From: Octopus bimaculoides
Lineage: Eukaryota
Assembly (NCBI RefSeq): GCF_001194135.2
Contig: NC_068982.1
Coordinates: 5,748,599 to 5,781,201 of the forward strand
Direction of reading: 5' to 3'
Length of the DNA: 32,603 nucleotides
In this document: piece after piece, positions 10,115 to 20,467 of the stretch
Layout of the letters: every line of letters starts with the position of its first letter
Numbering within the stretch: position 1 is the first letter of the stretch
Made by a program: the position numbers and the translations under genes
The notes under the pieces: model-generated
What the model was told of the DNA's origin: nothing
The model's database searches: none
Seen by the model: only the letters and a program-made list of their open reading frames with translations

Positions 10115-10907
10115 TTAGTAGCAGTAAATACGGGGATCGATTTGTGTCGGTCTTGTTTTGTCACCTTCTGGAAGAAATCTGCTGTGTTCAGACCTGAAAA
10201 ATGATGAGCTCCTCCACATTTAATACATCCAAGTCGAGCCATGTAACAGTTTCTCCACGACTTCATTAGGAGTTGAGTGCCCTCCCCCCCCCCATCTCCA
10301 TCATACACAAAATATTTGATAAATAATTCATGAATGTTAATTATTAGTAAATTTTTCGCTTCATGGAGAGTGGAAATATATATTTTCAACATGAGCAACA
10401 CAACACAGTGGATATTAGAATTGCGTTTATAAAAGATATTGACGTACAATAGCTTTCAATACAATTGCTAACGTACATTGTCAGTCAACAGTAGACTCAA
10501 CTTATCACTTCACAGATTTAGATTGAATAGATTGTATACAGAAGAATTTAGTTAAACAATATTAATCTGGGATAGGGGGAACGGGTGGAAAAAGAAAAAA
10601 ATGTAGGCTGAAAAGAAAAACAAGAAGTAAAAGAAAGAAAATTTAGAGAAAGAGAAGAGAAAAGAATGAAAAAGGGCAAAGTTGAGAGTGGCAACCCGAT
10701 ATATGAAACGCTTAGTGAACCATCATCTCAATACACAAATGAAATCACAAAGTAAATCTACGTTGAAATTCTACTAACCTATATTTTCAAATCAGATTAA
10801 GTGTGTAAACGATAAGCGTGATTTTGACCTTCACGAAATCCCTACACGTTGAGGGCTTCTATTTTATGAGTTGTAGAGTTGTAAGAAAAATGCATGCATG
10901 TATGTAT

Positions 10908-11572
10908 GTCTTTATTCAGTTTATTTCAAGATTTCTTGCCATTAGCGAAAGAAGCGGTTTCTAACCTAGATCCAAGGTTCCTTCGTTGGAATTTCAACAT
11001 CAACAACAGGGTATCTTTGTATGTATGTATGTATGTATGTATGTATGTATGTATGTATGTGTGTATGTATGTATGTATGTATGTATGTATGTATGTATGT
11101 AGGAATGTGCAGATTTGTATGTTTTATGTATGTATTCCCATGCATATAGTTACATATCTAAATATGCTCATATATATTTAAATGATAAACTTTTGGAAAG
11201 TTTTACAGATTTTTACAGTTCCAGTGATGGATCGGATGTGGTCTTCGAATTAGCTTTATCCTTTCTGGTTTTGAGACATCCAAATTTCTCAAGATTGGTA
11301 TTTAGGCAGTGTGTTACATATCCCAGGGCCCCAATAATTACAGGTATAAACCTGAACTTGCAATCTGAATAGAGTAACTGCAGATTTCTCAACAGTTCAG
11401 CATAGGTGTTCTCTTTTTCCCTGTTCTTCAGCTTTATGTTAACATCCGCTGGGCAGTTAATTTCCACAACTGTGCAAAGTTTCTCTTCTCTATCCCAAAT
11501 CATTATATCAGGCAGGTTGTGCTTACATTTTATTGATGTCTTTACTAGTGCATTCCACCAGTATCCCTTTTT
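10908..11572 (-). mobile_element. 5'-truncated RLE-type (R4/Dong-like) LINE 3' end in (CATA)n, family C1
   Basis: The minus strand reads GYWWNALVKTSIKCKHNLPDIMIWDREEKLCTVVEINCPADVNIKLKNREKENTYAELLRNLQLLYSDCKFRFIPVIIGALGYVTHCLNTNLEK / (frameshifts) ...ITGTVKICKTFQKFII* (TAA 11180-11178). The PD...E catalytic motif is present. The 3' UTR contains an internal (CATA)n at 11019-11100, and (CATA)n lies at both ends. Confidence 0.88.
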
Positions 11573-11619
11573 ATGTATGTATGTATGTATGTATGTATGT
11601 ATGTATGTATGTATGTATG

Positions 11620-12024
11620 TGTGTCTTCTATCTTTTTATTATTCTATATCTTCCACTGAGGAGGGAGCCGGTTTCCAACAAAGATACAAGGCTCCGTTGT
11701 TAAGATGTAGCTAACAGAGATAAATTCACATTTGGAAATTGAGAAAAGTCTTGCATATTTTTACTGTTCCACTCACAGATTGCACTTGTAATGTACGAAT
11801 TAGCAGGTCGATTTGTCTTTCTGGAAATCCCAGTTTATCCAGATTTTCCTTTAAGCATTTACTAACAAAACTTAGTCCTCCAATTATTATTGGTATGAAT
11901 ATGAATTCATAGTCTGGATATAAAATCTGGAGGTTTCAAAGCAGTTGTTTATAGATATCTTCTTTTTCTTTGATTTTCAAAGAGATATTTATATCTGCAG
12001 GGCAACTGACCTCTATGATGGTAC
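11620..12024 (-). mobile_element. 5'-truncated RLE-type LINE 3' end in (CATA)n, family C2
   Basis: The minus strand reads CTIIEVSCPADINISLKIKEKEDIYKQLL*NLQILYPDYEFIFIPIIIGGLSFVSKCLKENLDKLGFPERQIDLLIRTLQVQSVSGTVKICKTFLNFQM* (TGA 11728-11726). It is paralogous to C1 and flanked by (CATA)n at 11573-11618 and 12025-12082. Confidence 0.88.
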
Positions 12025-12104
12025 ATGTATGTATGTATGTATGTATGTATGTATGTATGTATGTATGTATGTATGTATGTATGTGTAAATATTTATGTAT
12101 CGTT

Positions 12105-12310
12105 TATCTTTTAGCTCTTTCAGTCATTAGCCTGCGGCCATGCTGGGGCACGGCGTTGAAAAATTTTTTGTCGAATGAATCGATCCCAGGATTCACCTCT
12201 TTTTAAAGCCTAGTACTTAGTCTATCAGTCTCTTTTGCTGAACAGCTAAGTTAACGTGGGTGTAAACACACCAACACCGGTTGTCTAGCGGTGGTGAGAG
12301 GACAATCACA
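12105..12310 (-). mobile_element. SINE S1 3' half (diverged)
   Basis: tttcagtcattagcctgcggccatgctggggcac...aaacacaccaacaccggttgtc aligns to the S1 3' half and ends at a (CA)/(CG) tract. Confidence 0.85.
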
Positions 12311-12399
12311 CGCGCGCGCGCGCATGATTAAAAGATTGGTTGTTGCTGATTACTCTAATATTCTCTCTCTTCCAGGATTTGAGATTCTTGCAGCAAAAC

Positions 12400-13815
12400 T
12401 TATATAATAATATCTATTTCATGATATAATGAGAATGCTTTGATGGACGGTGCGTCGTGCTATATAACCGTCAAGTTGGTTATAATCAACCTAATTTGTT
12501 GTGACCCAATATAAAATTTAGTTTTTCTATTTTGCATTGAGGCCAGTTTCGGAGACTTTTGAATATCAGCTTGCACTTACTGAAGTGGTTTAAAATTCAT
12601 ACAGTTGAAACAGCGATGTTAAAGCTTTCGTTATGGGCTGATTGTATTGGTTTGGTAAATCAAGTATTGATGTCGGTTCAGCTGGTTAATTATTGTCTTC
12701 CGTAACTAAAATTTACTCGCTGAATTTATTAGAGTCCTATACAGTTAGTTTGTTCAATGTCTGTAGGAAGTCATAATCTATGGTTGAGAGCTGTTGGCTC
12801 GTTTTTACCCAGACTTTTCCTGATTCATATGAGCTATTTATTCTAATTATCTGTTGATTGTATTGATGCAATTCTATTATATGACCTATCCTCCACCAAC
12901 CTCATTTTGGAGAATGTGTCCAATTTGGTTTTGAAGTCTTACATTATAATTCACCAGAATGGTAGAAGTCTTTTAATGTTCTCTTTCCATTGCTATGCAT
13001 CTTTCTGTAGACAGTCGCGTAAAGTTTACCCACGGACGGCTTGAGTTTCTTGACAAGTATTACGTGTATAACGTCTGCCTGGTGGTTCTGGAGTGAAATA
13101 TTGTATTAATTTCCATGACGGATTACTAGTGAGGCGCCCGTGTCTGTGTGTATTTCGATATTGCAAGATGATACGTTGTTTTTGTTTCATGTTGTGTCAT
13201 CTACAGTCGAATATATGATTGCTTTTCACATATTTCAGCACAGCAGTTGTAAAGGTTATTGATAAGAGCCGGCGGTGCACTCCCAGTTCTTTGAAATTTA
13301 ACCTGACGGAGTAGCAGTAAACTCTGTCAAAAGCTAATTCGTCAAATAAATAATACATACCGGAGGTAGGTTATTAGTCAATTGGTACTATTAAATGCTC
13401 TCTCATCAATAGGCGACTTTTGAATAACTATCTGTGATAGCGAGATGGTTGAGTCCTTTCTTGGTGGTGCCATATAATTACGACGATTGCATTGACAACA
13501 AGTGGCATTTATAGCAAAAGTTATTCTTGACCAGGATACAGAAATATTTACTCTTGACATCATTGATGCGAAATCTTGATAAGAAATATGAAATGTGTCA
13601 AGAATTGCTTGACAGTAAGAAAGCAGAATCATTATAGAAAGTCTGAAGTGCATGACATTGTTGAATTCGTAGAAATCATATCGCAAGTGATAATACATCA
13701 GCAAACGTTTTGGAAGACGCTGTGAAAATTGTGAAATTTCGCTTTCTATGAAATTTAGCAGAATATTTATTTTATTATTAACTGCTGTGGTGAGGAGTAT
13801 TTTATTCCATTTCAC
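12400..13815 (-). pseudogene. Possible heavily decayed LINE ORF2 C-terminal region (post-RT / RNase H-like)
   Basis: Only scattered weak motifs on the minus strand (e.g. VHRRLLS...KYVKSNHIFDC; PAEPTSIL resembling TAEL.AI). It is contiguous with the clearer RT fossil at 14068-16116. Spacing is not fully consistent. Confidence 0.3.
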
Positions 13816-13831
13816 AGATATAGGGAATAAT

Positions 13832-14051
13832 CTTTTCTTTTCTACTCTAGGCACAAGGCTTGAAATTTTGGGGGAGGGGGACCAGTCGATTAGAACGACT
13901 CCAGTACGCAACTGGTACTTAATTTATCGACCCTGAAAGGATGAAAGGCAAAGTCGACCTCGGCGGAATTTGAACTCAGAACGTAAAGACAGATGAAATA
14001 CCGCTAAGCATTTCGCCCGGCGTGCTAACGTCTCTGCCAGCTCGCCACCTT
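13832..14051 (-). mobile_element. SINE S2 monomer with a 16-bp TSD
   Basis: Full head-to-tail S2. The TSD agatat(a/t)gggaataat lies at 13816-13831 and 14052-14067. Confidence 0.92.
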
Positions 14052-14067
14052 AGATATTGGGAATAAT

Positions 14068-16116
14068 GCAAAGAAGGATCTTGTCATGGCATTGTTGCAT
14101 CTCTTTGTGTCTGTGAGGGTCGGTGATGTTATTCCCATTAATATTGAAGAAAGTAGGCAGAGTGTCTCAGTACGAAGTTTGAAAGTTCTAATACCTCTCA
14201 TTTTAATACTTCTCGGTGTCTCTCAAGCTGGGGCGTAGCAATATTCTCATGGCGTGGATTCCTTCAGAATGAGACATACGTAAGCAGCAAGTGAATGAAA
14301 CGTGCAGTTGAGTATTAGTTAAAGCATCTTTTGATTATAAATAAGCATCTATGACACATACTTGGTTTGTTCATAATGAAGCACGTTTTTGTTTTCAAAA
14401 TTGAAGATGGGTGTATGACAAAAAATGGCTGAGAAACACTGGTTCAGATGCTTTTCCTCTTCCGAGGCAAGAAATGGTATCAGCGAAATTTTTGTGGAGT
14501 GGGGAAGTCAATTAGATCGACCCCAGTACGCAACTGGTACTTAATTTATCGACCTCGAAAGGATGAAACGCAAAGTCGATCTCAGCGGAATTTGAACTCA
14601 GAATGTAAAGACAGACGAAATACCGCTAAGCATTTCGCCCGGCGTACTAACGTTTCTTATTTCTTTACTGTCCACAAAGGGCTACACACAGAGGGGACAA
14701 ACAAGGACTGCCAAACAGATTAAGTCGATTATATCGATCCCAGTTCGTAATTGGTACTTAATTTATCGACCCTGAAAGGATGAAAGGCAAAGTCGACCTT
14801 GGCGGAATTCTAACTCAAAACCTAGCGGCAGACGATATACCGCTAAGCATTTCGCCCGACGCGCTAACGGTTCTGCCAGCTCGACGCCTTTGTATTTAAA
14901 TAGTTTGTGATGGTTTTAATTGTGAGGGGATCAAAATTAGCGTCGGTGAGGTGTTGAAAGTCTAGTGACTGAGTTTTAATGTTCTTTTTGGTGTTTAGAT
15001 TATATTCTCATTGGAAATATATTTTCAATATTTAGACTCATATAACCAGTGTATATCTGCAGTGAGGTCTCTAGCTTGTGTGTGTTCTATGCTTCCCAGC
15101 AGATATTGAGTACTGAAAGGTCTTGGACAACTGGTAAGACTGTTTGACTAGAGACAGATTCTTGATATAGCGTAGGATGAATGCAATGATAGTAATCAAA
15201 GCTTGGGGTACTCCAGGTTTAATAGAATGCGAATATGAGTAAGAACGAGCTTAGTCGACACTTTCTGTGACGGATGTCAGCAAACCCTTATCATTACCGT
15301 GAAAGACAGTGGAAGAAATTGTAAACTTTTTGATAACAACATTACTTTCATCGAAGTAGGTTTCTAGTTGATTTCGATCTATGAAAATCTAAGTGTTCAT
15401 TGGAAAGAAAGACACAAAACGATAGAGAATTTTAGATACTATAAGATAGGATAATAAATAAGTAGTTGTTAGGGGCAGAGAAGTTTCTCATCTCTGCTAT
15501 GACTCACACTGTTATGTATTTCAAAAACAGTCCAGTGAAAACTAGATGAGAGAAACATTTTGTTTCTAATTTGTAATGCCGGCTATCCTTAATCGTCCAG
15601 AAAATTGAATGTAATTTTTCGCTTGATCAAATTGTTATGTTCCGAATACTTACATCTTCAGACAGACACATCATGCCTCTATCCAGATGAGTATGACACT
15701 GTTCACTACTAAGTATAATACTTTTATAATATGGGAGAGTGTTGTAGGGAGCTTAATATTTTCCCATTATTTAGACTGTTACTGATTACCTATAGGTTCT
15801 GTTGATAGACACAGCAAATGCGAGAAAGGTGAATACTGCCAGAAAGCCAAAGTTGTTTCTTTACACTTGTAAATGATAAATATTCCAACAGGGTGTTTGT
15901 GGTGAACGACGTTATTGGTTCTACTGCATTTTTGGTACGTAAGCGATTTTTGTGTTTGTCAAGATTGGAGGTTCTTACGACAGAGTTGTAGGAGAGTTCT
16001 GGATTGTGTTGGATACTTTTTAGTGCTCAGTGCGATTGAGCATACAAGATGGAAAAGTTTCATGAGAATAGGATCCGGTACAGAAGATATCATTTGAGGG
16101 TGATATAAATAATATC
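14068..16116 (-). pseudogene. Fossil APE-type LINE ORF2 (reverse transcriptase region), interrupted by SINEs
   Basis: One continuous minus frame at about 15545-15350 reads FTGLFLKYITV*VIAEMRNFSAPNNYLFIILSYSI*NSLSFCVFLSNEHLDFHRSKSTRNLL, echoing TG.FP..W...VIP...S.P.NYRPI...Q.GFR..RST. GVPQALITIIAFILRYIKNL at about 15215 echoes GVPQGS.L...LF..YINDL. A TKYVS..IYNQKM segment at about 14360 echoes KYLG..FD.KL. Confidence 0.6.
14455..14889 (-). mobile_element. SINE S2 dimer, second copy
   Basis: Same two-monomer layout and the same junction ctaacgtt|tcttatttcttta (about 14654) as 6598-7003. No clear TSD was seen. Confidence 0.88.
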
Positions 16117-16117
16117 G

Positions 16118-16370
16118 TGGAGGCAGGTAGCTTAGTGGTTAGGGTGTTGCACTCACGATTGTAAGATTGTGGTTTCGATTTCTGGATTGGGCGACGCGTT
16201 GTGTTCTTGAGCAAAACACTTCATTTCACGTTTGCTCCAGTCCACTCAGATGGCAGAAATGAGTAACCCTGCGACGGACCGTCGTCCCATCCCGGTGGGG
16301 TAATTTATTACGCCACGCAAACCGGGAATCTGTCCCTCATGAGTCTGGCATGGTTCGAGAAGGAGACATT
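16118..16370 (+). mobile_element. tRNA-derived SINE family S3
   Basis: Box A tagcttagtgg, box B ggtttcgatttc and a gttgtgttcttgagcaaaacacttcatttcac block. It matches the reverse complement of 7975-8125. Confidence 0.82.
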
Positions 16371-16870
16371 TAGATTCATTTATAATAATGAATATAGACA
16401 GAGTTGGTCAGTCTCTTGAGCTAAAATGATTTTTAAAACGTTTTAACTAAAAGACAGGTCTCATTAATCAAAAAACCTATGATCAATAATGTTTCACCTA
16501 TGACCATGGTACTTTTCACCCAGATTGTATCTGGAACAATAACAATGTTTTATTTTTTTAAGATGGTAGGGTTATTTGAAAAATTTGACTGTTATTTCTT
16601 GCGGGTTGATCCTTCGAGTATCGATTACTTTGATGATTCGTGGTCTGAAATGTTTTAGCAGTCACGTGACTTGGCAATGTTTCTATTGATCGAAAAGATA
16701 CTTCGTTGAGTTTTCGCAGAATAGAATTCGAGGCCACCAACAGGGTACTAATTCTAGTGATATTTTGGGTGTTTAGTGAGGATAGCATGATTCCGTAAAG
16801 TGTCCATAATTACAAATGCTATTCCAGGAATAAGAGGAAAAGAGCTAGTGATCCGTATATTTTGAATCGA

Positions 16871-17005
16871 ATGTATGTATGTATGTATGTATGTATGTAT
16901 GTATGTATGTATGTATGTATGTATGTATGTATGTATGTTTGCATGCATGTATGTATACATATGCATGTATGTATACATATGCATGTATGTATGTATGTAT
17001 GTATG
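16871..17005. repeat. (ATGT)n microsatellite with an internal 14-bp variant repeat
   Basis: Direct reading. Confidence 0.95.
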
Positions 17006-17130
17006 TTCTCTTCTGATTTTAATTATTTCAATTCTCCCTCTGGTGAAGAAGCTGGTTTCTAACAAAGATACAAAAACTCCATTGCTGGAATGTAGATAAC
17101 GAAAACAACGTCACATTTTAGACTCAAAAG
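17006..17130 (-). mobile_element. 3' end of a C2-like RLE LINE abutting (CATA)n
   Basis: Aligns to 11622-11745 (gctggtttctaacaaagataca...atgtagataac...tcacattt...aaaagtc). The minus strand ends TFESKM*, compared with TFLNFQM* in C2. Confidence 0.7.
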
Positions 17131-17280
17131 TCCCCGTATCTTAGTGGTTCGGCAAAAGGGTCCGATAGAATAAGTACTAGGCTTACAAAGAATAAACTCT
17201 GGTGTCGACTTGCTCGACTAAAGGCGGTGCTCCAGCATGGCCGCAGTCAAATGACTGAAACAAGTAAAAAGAATAAACAG
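17131..17280 (+). mobile_element. SINE S1 3' half
   Basis: gtccccgtatcttagtggttcggcaaaa...ggccgcagtcaaatgactgaaacaagtaaaaagaataaa. Confidence 0.88.
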
Positions 17281-17314
17281 AAAAAAAAGAATATATACAA
17301 CACACACACACACA

Positions 17315-17358
<44 letters not shown>

Positions 17359-17911
17359 CTCTCTCGCTTTCTCTCTCTCTCAAAAACGCACACACGTCAT
17401 TAACTATGGAGAAAAATATAGTCATAATATATTACTGCAACAACAATTTTTTGCCACATCTATATAATATTTTCGTCCCAAAGCGACGAAAATATTTTGG
17501 TAAATTAAATTTAAATGTTGAAGTGAATCTAACGGTTTTTGTGTGTTTCTTAAATGGCTTATAAACACCTTCTACGCTGCAATTGTTTTCGTTTCAGCAC
17601 ACGATCTCAGATCAGGTCACTTGCTATGCAAGTACATCTCCGTAATTTCTAATGTGATTTATATATAACTTTTAATAATTTCTTTTGAATAGGTACAAGA
17701 CCAGAGATTTATTGTAAGAATGAAACCCTTTTTCCGGATTCCGCTCAGAGGAATGCTGTCGCATTGAGACACGACTGAAGTGAAGAACATTAGAAACAAT
17801 TGCGAAGAGCGCTGTGAACGCTGATTGCCGGTGATCTCATCTCTAAACCTGCCGTTGCTAGCGCGACCACAGCAGATATAAAAGTTAAAATAACAAAACA
17901 AACCGTTTTGA

Positions 17912-18339
17912 GTTTTTCTTTTATTTTTTATTTGTTTCAGTCATTAGACTGCGGCCATGCTGGGGCACCGCCTTTAGCAATTTTTAGTCGAAGAAATCGA
18001 CCACACTACTTTTTTTTTTTTTTTTTTTTTNNNNNNNNNNTACTTTTTTTTTTTTTTTTTTTTTTCAAATCTCGTACTTATTCTATCGGCCATTTTTGCC
18101 GAACCGCTAAGTTACGGGAGCGTAAACACACCAACACTGACAAACGCGTATATATATATATATATATATGTATACGATGGGTTTCTTTCAGTTTTCGTCT
18201 ACCAAATCCATCCACAAGGCTTTGGTCAGCCCGAGGCTGTAGTAGAAGACACCTGTCCAAGGTGCCACGTTGTGGGACTGAACCCGGAACCATGTGGTTG
18301 GGAAGCAAACATCTTACCACACAGCCACACCTGCGCCTA
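17912..18339 (-). mobile_element. SINE S1, full length, with an internal (TA)n tract and an expanded poly(A) run
   Basis: Runs from the head taggcgcaggtgtggctgtgtggtaag to the tail aatgactgaaacaaataaaaa. A 10-N gap lies inside the T run. Confidence 0.9.
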
Positions 18340-19603
18340 TAATGATTAAGGAACGCATCACGAATTTGCGTGTCATCCTTGCGCTGAGGCCATGTTTCTC
18401 TTCTCCGTATCATTTCAGCAGTAGCGTTTGCATTGACGAAGCAACAGTTTATTGTAAATAAAAATTTAAAGAAATAACGGGGTGGGCTATCATTATTCGA
18501 ATTTTATAATCCATTTTGTTGTTTATGCTTATGATGAGGCTACTTATTGATGTCAGTCGACCGTATTCAAAGAGCCCTGTCAAAATTTCGAAGATGACGT
18601 ATTAAGCGCAGAGGAATGCAATAGTTTGTTGTGATAGAGAACAGACGGCGACATAGAGCGGCGTCATCGGCTCGTCTTGTCCATCCTGGATAAATATACG
18701 AAGTTTAAACTGATGGTATTAACAGAAACTGGTCTCAATTACATTGAGACCCTTTTTTTAGTTTCTTCTTTTCCTTCCATTTAGTGCGAGTAACATTCAT
18801 TCCTCACCTTTTACATTTTCGTTACTGGTTGAAAAACAAATAAATAACAATAAAAGTAAATAAATAAATAAAAACAGTAAGGAAGACTACAAAAAGAACC
18901 TCTCAAAAAACACCCCAAAAGATTTGTTTAGGCAAACATATATGTCACCGAGGAATTATTCATGTGCCTGCTTATGTGTGCGAGTGTAGGGTGACGATCT
19001 ACATGTATGTGTATATACATATGTGCGTGTGTGTGTGTGTATATATATATATATATNNNNNNNNNNNNNNNNNNNNNNNNNNNNNNNNNNNNNNNNNNNN
19101 NNNNNNNNNNNNNNNNNNNNNNNNNNNNNNNNNNNNNNNNNNNNNNNNNNNNNNNNNNNNNNNNNNNNNNNNNNNNNNNNNNNNNNNNNNNNNNNNNNNN
19201 NNNNNNNNNNNNNNNNNNNNNNNNNNNNNNNNNNNNNNNNNNNNNNNNNNNNNNNNNNNNNNNNNNNNNNNNNNNNNNNNNNNNNNNNNNNNNNNNNNNN
19301 NNNNNNNNNNNNNNTATATATATATATATATATGTATGTATATATACAGTGTGCGCGGGTATGAGGTAATAGACATTTGTGAGGAATGTATGAACGTATG
19401 TTTTATATATTTTATTGTCGCTGTAAGTAGGACAAAGAAAAAAATAACGGCATATTTATTGTGTGATAGGGTGTTTGTGTGCCCGTGTGTGTGTGTGTAT
19501 AAAAGCATGCATTTAATACGTGTGTCTGTAAGTATACGCATAATTGCATGTACATGTACGCGTCTGTGTACGCGGCATAAAATTAAGTAATGTAAATATG
19601 CAA

Positions 19604-19634
<31 letters not shown>

Positions 19635-19754
19635 CATACAGACATATATATATATATATATATAATATAATATAAATAATATATAAATATATGCATATAT
19701 ACATACATATATGTACATACCTACATATATATGTATATATACATGCATATATGG

Positions 19755-19985
19755 GTGCAGGACATCAAAAAAAAAAAGAAAAAAAACGTAGACAAAATGA
19801 GAAACGAGAACATAAAAACAAAAACAGAAAACGATCATTTTTCGAACAACGAAAGAAATAAACAAACAGAGAAACGAGACAGGCAACATAAAAAGCATTC
19901 CTTTCATCAGTTGTCCCCTGTTTTATCTACTCCGCGTTTCGAAGGTTAGAACAAAACGCGACTTCGTTAAAACAGTCATTCCCGC
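19755..19985 (-). repeat. Dispersed repeat related to 22727-22900 (possible Penelope pLTR-like remnant)
   Basis: The two loci share caggac.tca...caacgaaagaaa...aaacg.gaca.g.aacat.aa.a...cc(t)ttcatcag.tgtc..ctgt...ctactcc...tttcga. Both lie next to (TA)n/(CA)n tracts. Confidence 0.55.
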
Positions 19986-20142
19986 AAAGCAAATTAAATA
20001 TATATGAGAGGTATTGGTATCCAGAAGACCCAAGGTGGCAGGTAAGGCTGTGTAAGTGCTATGGGAGGACCATGGTTAAACTCTCGGTTCGATGATGATA
20101 CGAGTGAGGGGTCTAATGTGGGTTTTGTATGACCATATATAT

Positions 20143-20406
20143 GTTAAATAAAATGAGTTAACAAAGCCAAGGCTGTGTGAAATTTTCAGGACATTGATAA
20201 AGAGAAAGGTAGTCTTACAGCTGTTTCTGGGATAATAGGGATATCACTTCATCAGAGACGATGCGAGATGGTTAAATAGAGGGAAATATTAGAGTTCAAT
20301 GTGAAGGGATATTCCTAATATCCCGGAAACAACTGTAAAACTAACTTTCGCTTTATAGACGTCCTAAAAATTCCACACAGGCTTGGCTTTGTTGTCTCAT
20401 TTTATT

Positions 20407-20410
<4 letters not shown>
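20143..20410. repeat. Fold-back element: two inverted arms of about 110 bp, each with a hammerhead-like motif
   Basis: The left arm 20143-20255 and the reverse complement of the right arm 20298-20410 align at roughly 80-85% by eye (gttaaataaaatgag...ctcattttatttaac), with a spacer of about 42 bp. (CA)n follows. Confidence 0.9.
20212..20259 (-). ncRNA. Minimal type I hammerhead ribozyme motif (Penelope-like)
   Basis: The minus strand reads GTCT CTGATGA A GTGATA-tccctat-TATCCC A GAAA CAGCTGT A AGAC. Stem I is 4 bp, stem III is the palindrome ACAGCTGT, and the cleavage triplet is GUA. There is one stem II mismatch and an extra A on each side of stem II. Confidence 0.7.

Positions 20411-20467
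<57 letters not shown>

Noticed and set aside
10090-10449. 119-aa minus ORF with CIKCGGAH (zinc-knuckle-like)
   Set aside because: The final Cys of a CCHC knuckle is missing, the ORF runs into a SINE, the N-terminal part is low-complexity AT-rich sequence, and there is no convincing splice pair.
13125-13165. DTGAS retroviral protease motif on the minus strand (NIEIHTDTGASL)
   Set aside because: There is no downstream flap/GRN motif, no RT/integrase or LTRs, and the frame closes shortly after. A chance five-residue match is plausible.
17690-17900. Possible exon after the acceptor taatttcttttgaatag
   Set aside because: All three plus frames stop within about 30 codons, no donor is evident, and the minus ORF is unrecognisable.
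18527-18565. Hammerhead-like ATGATGA-GGCT...AGTC-GACCGTA
   Set aside because: Both core segments are mutated and there is no stem I. It is kept only as a possible relic.
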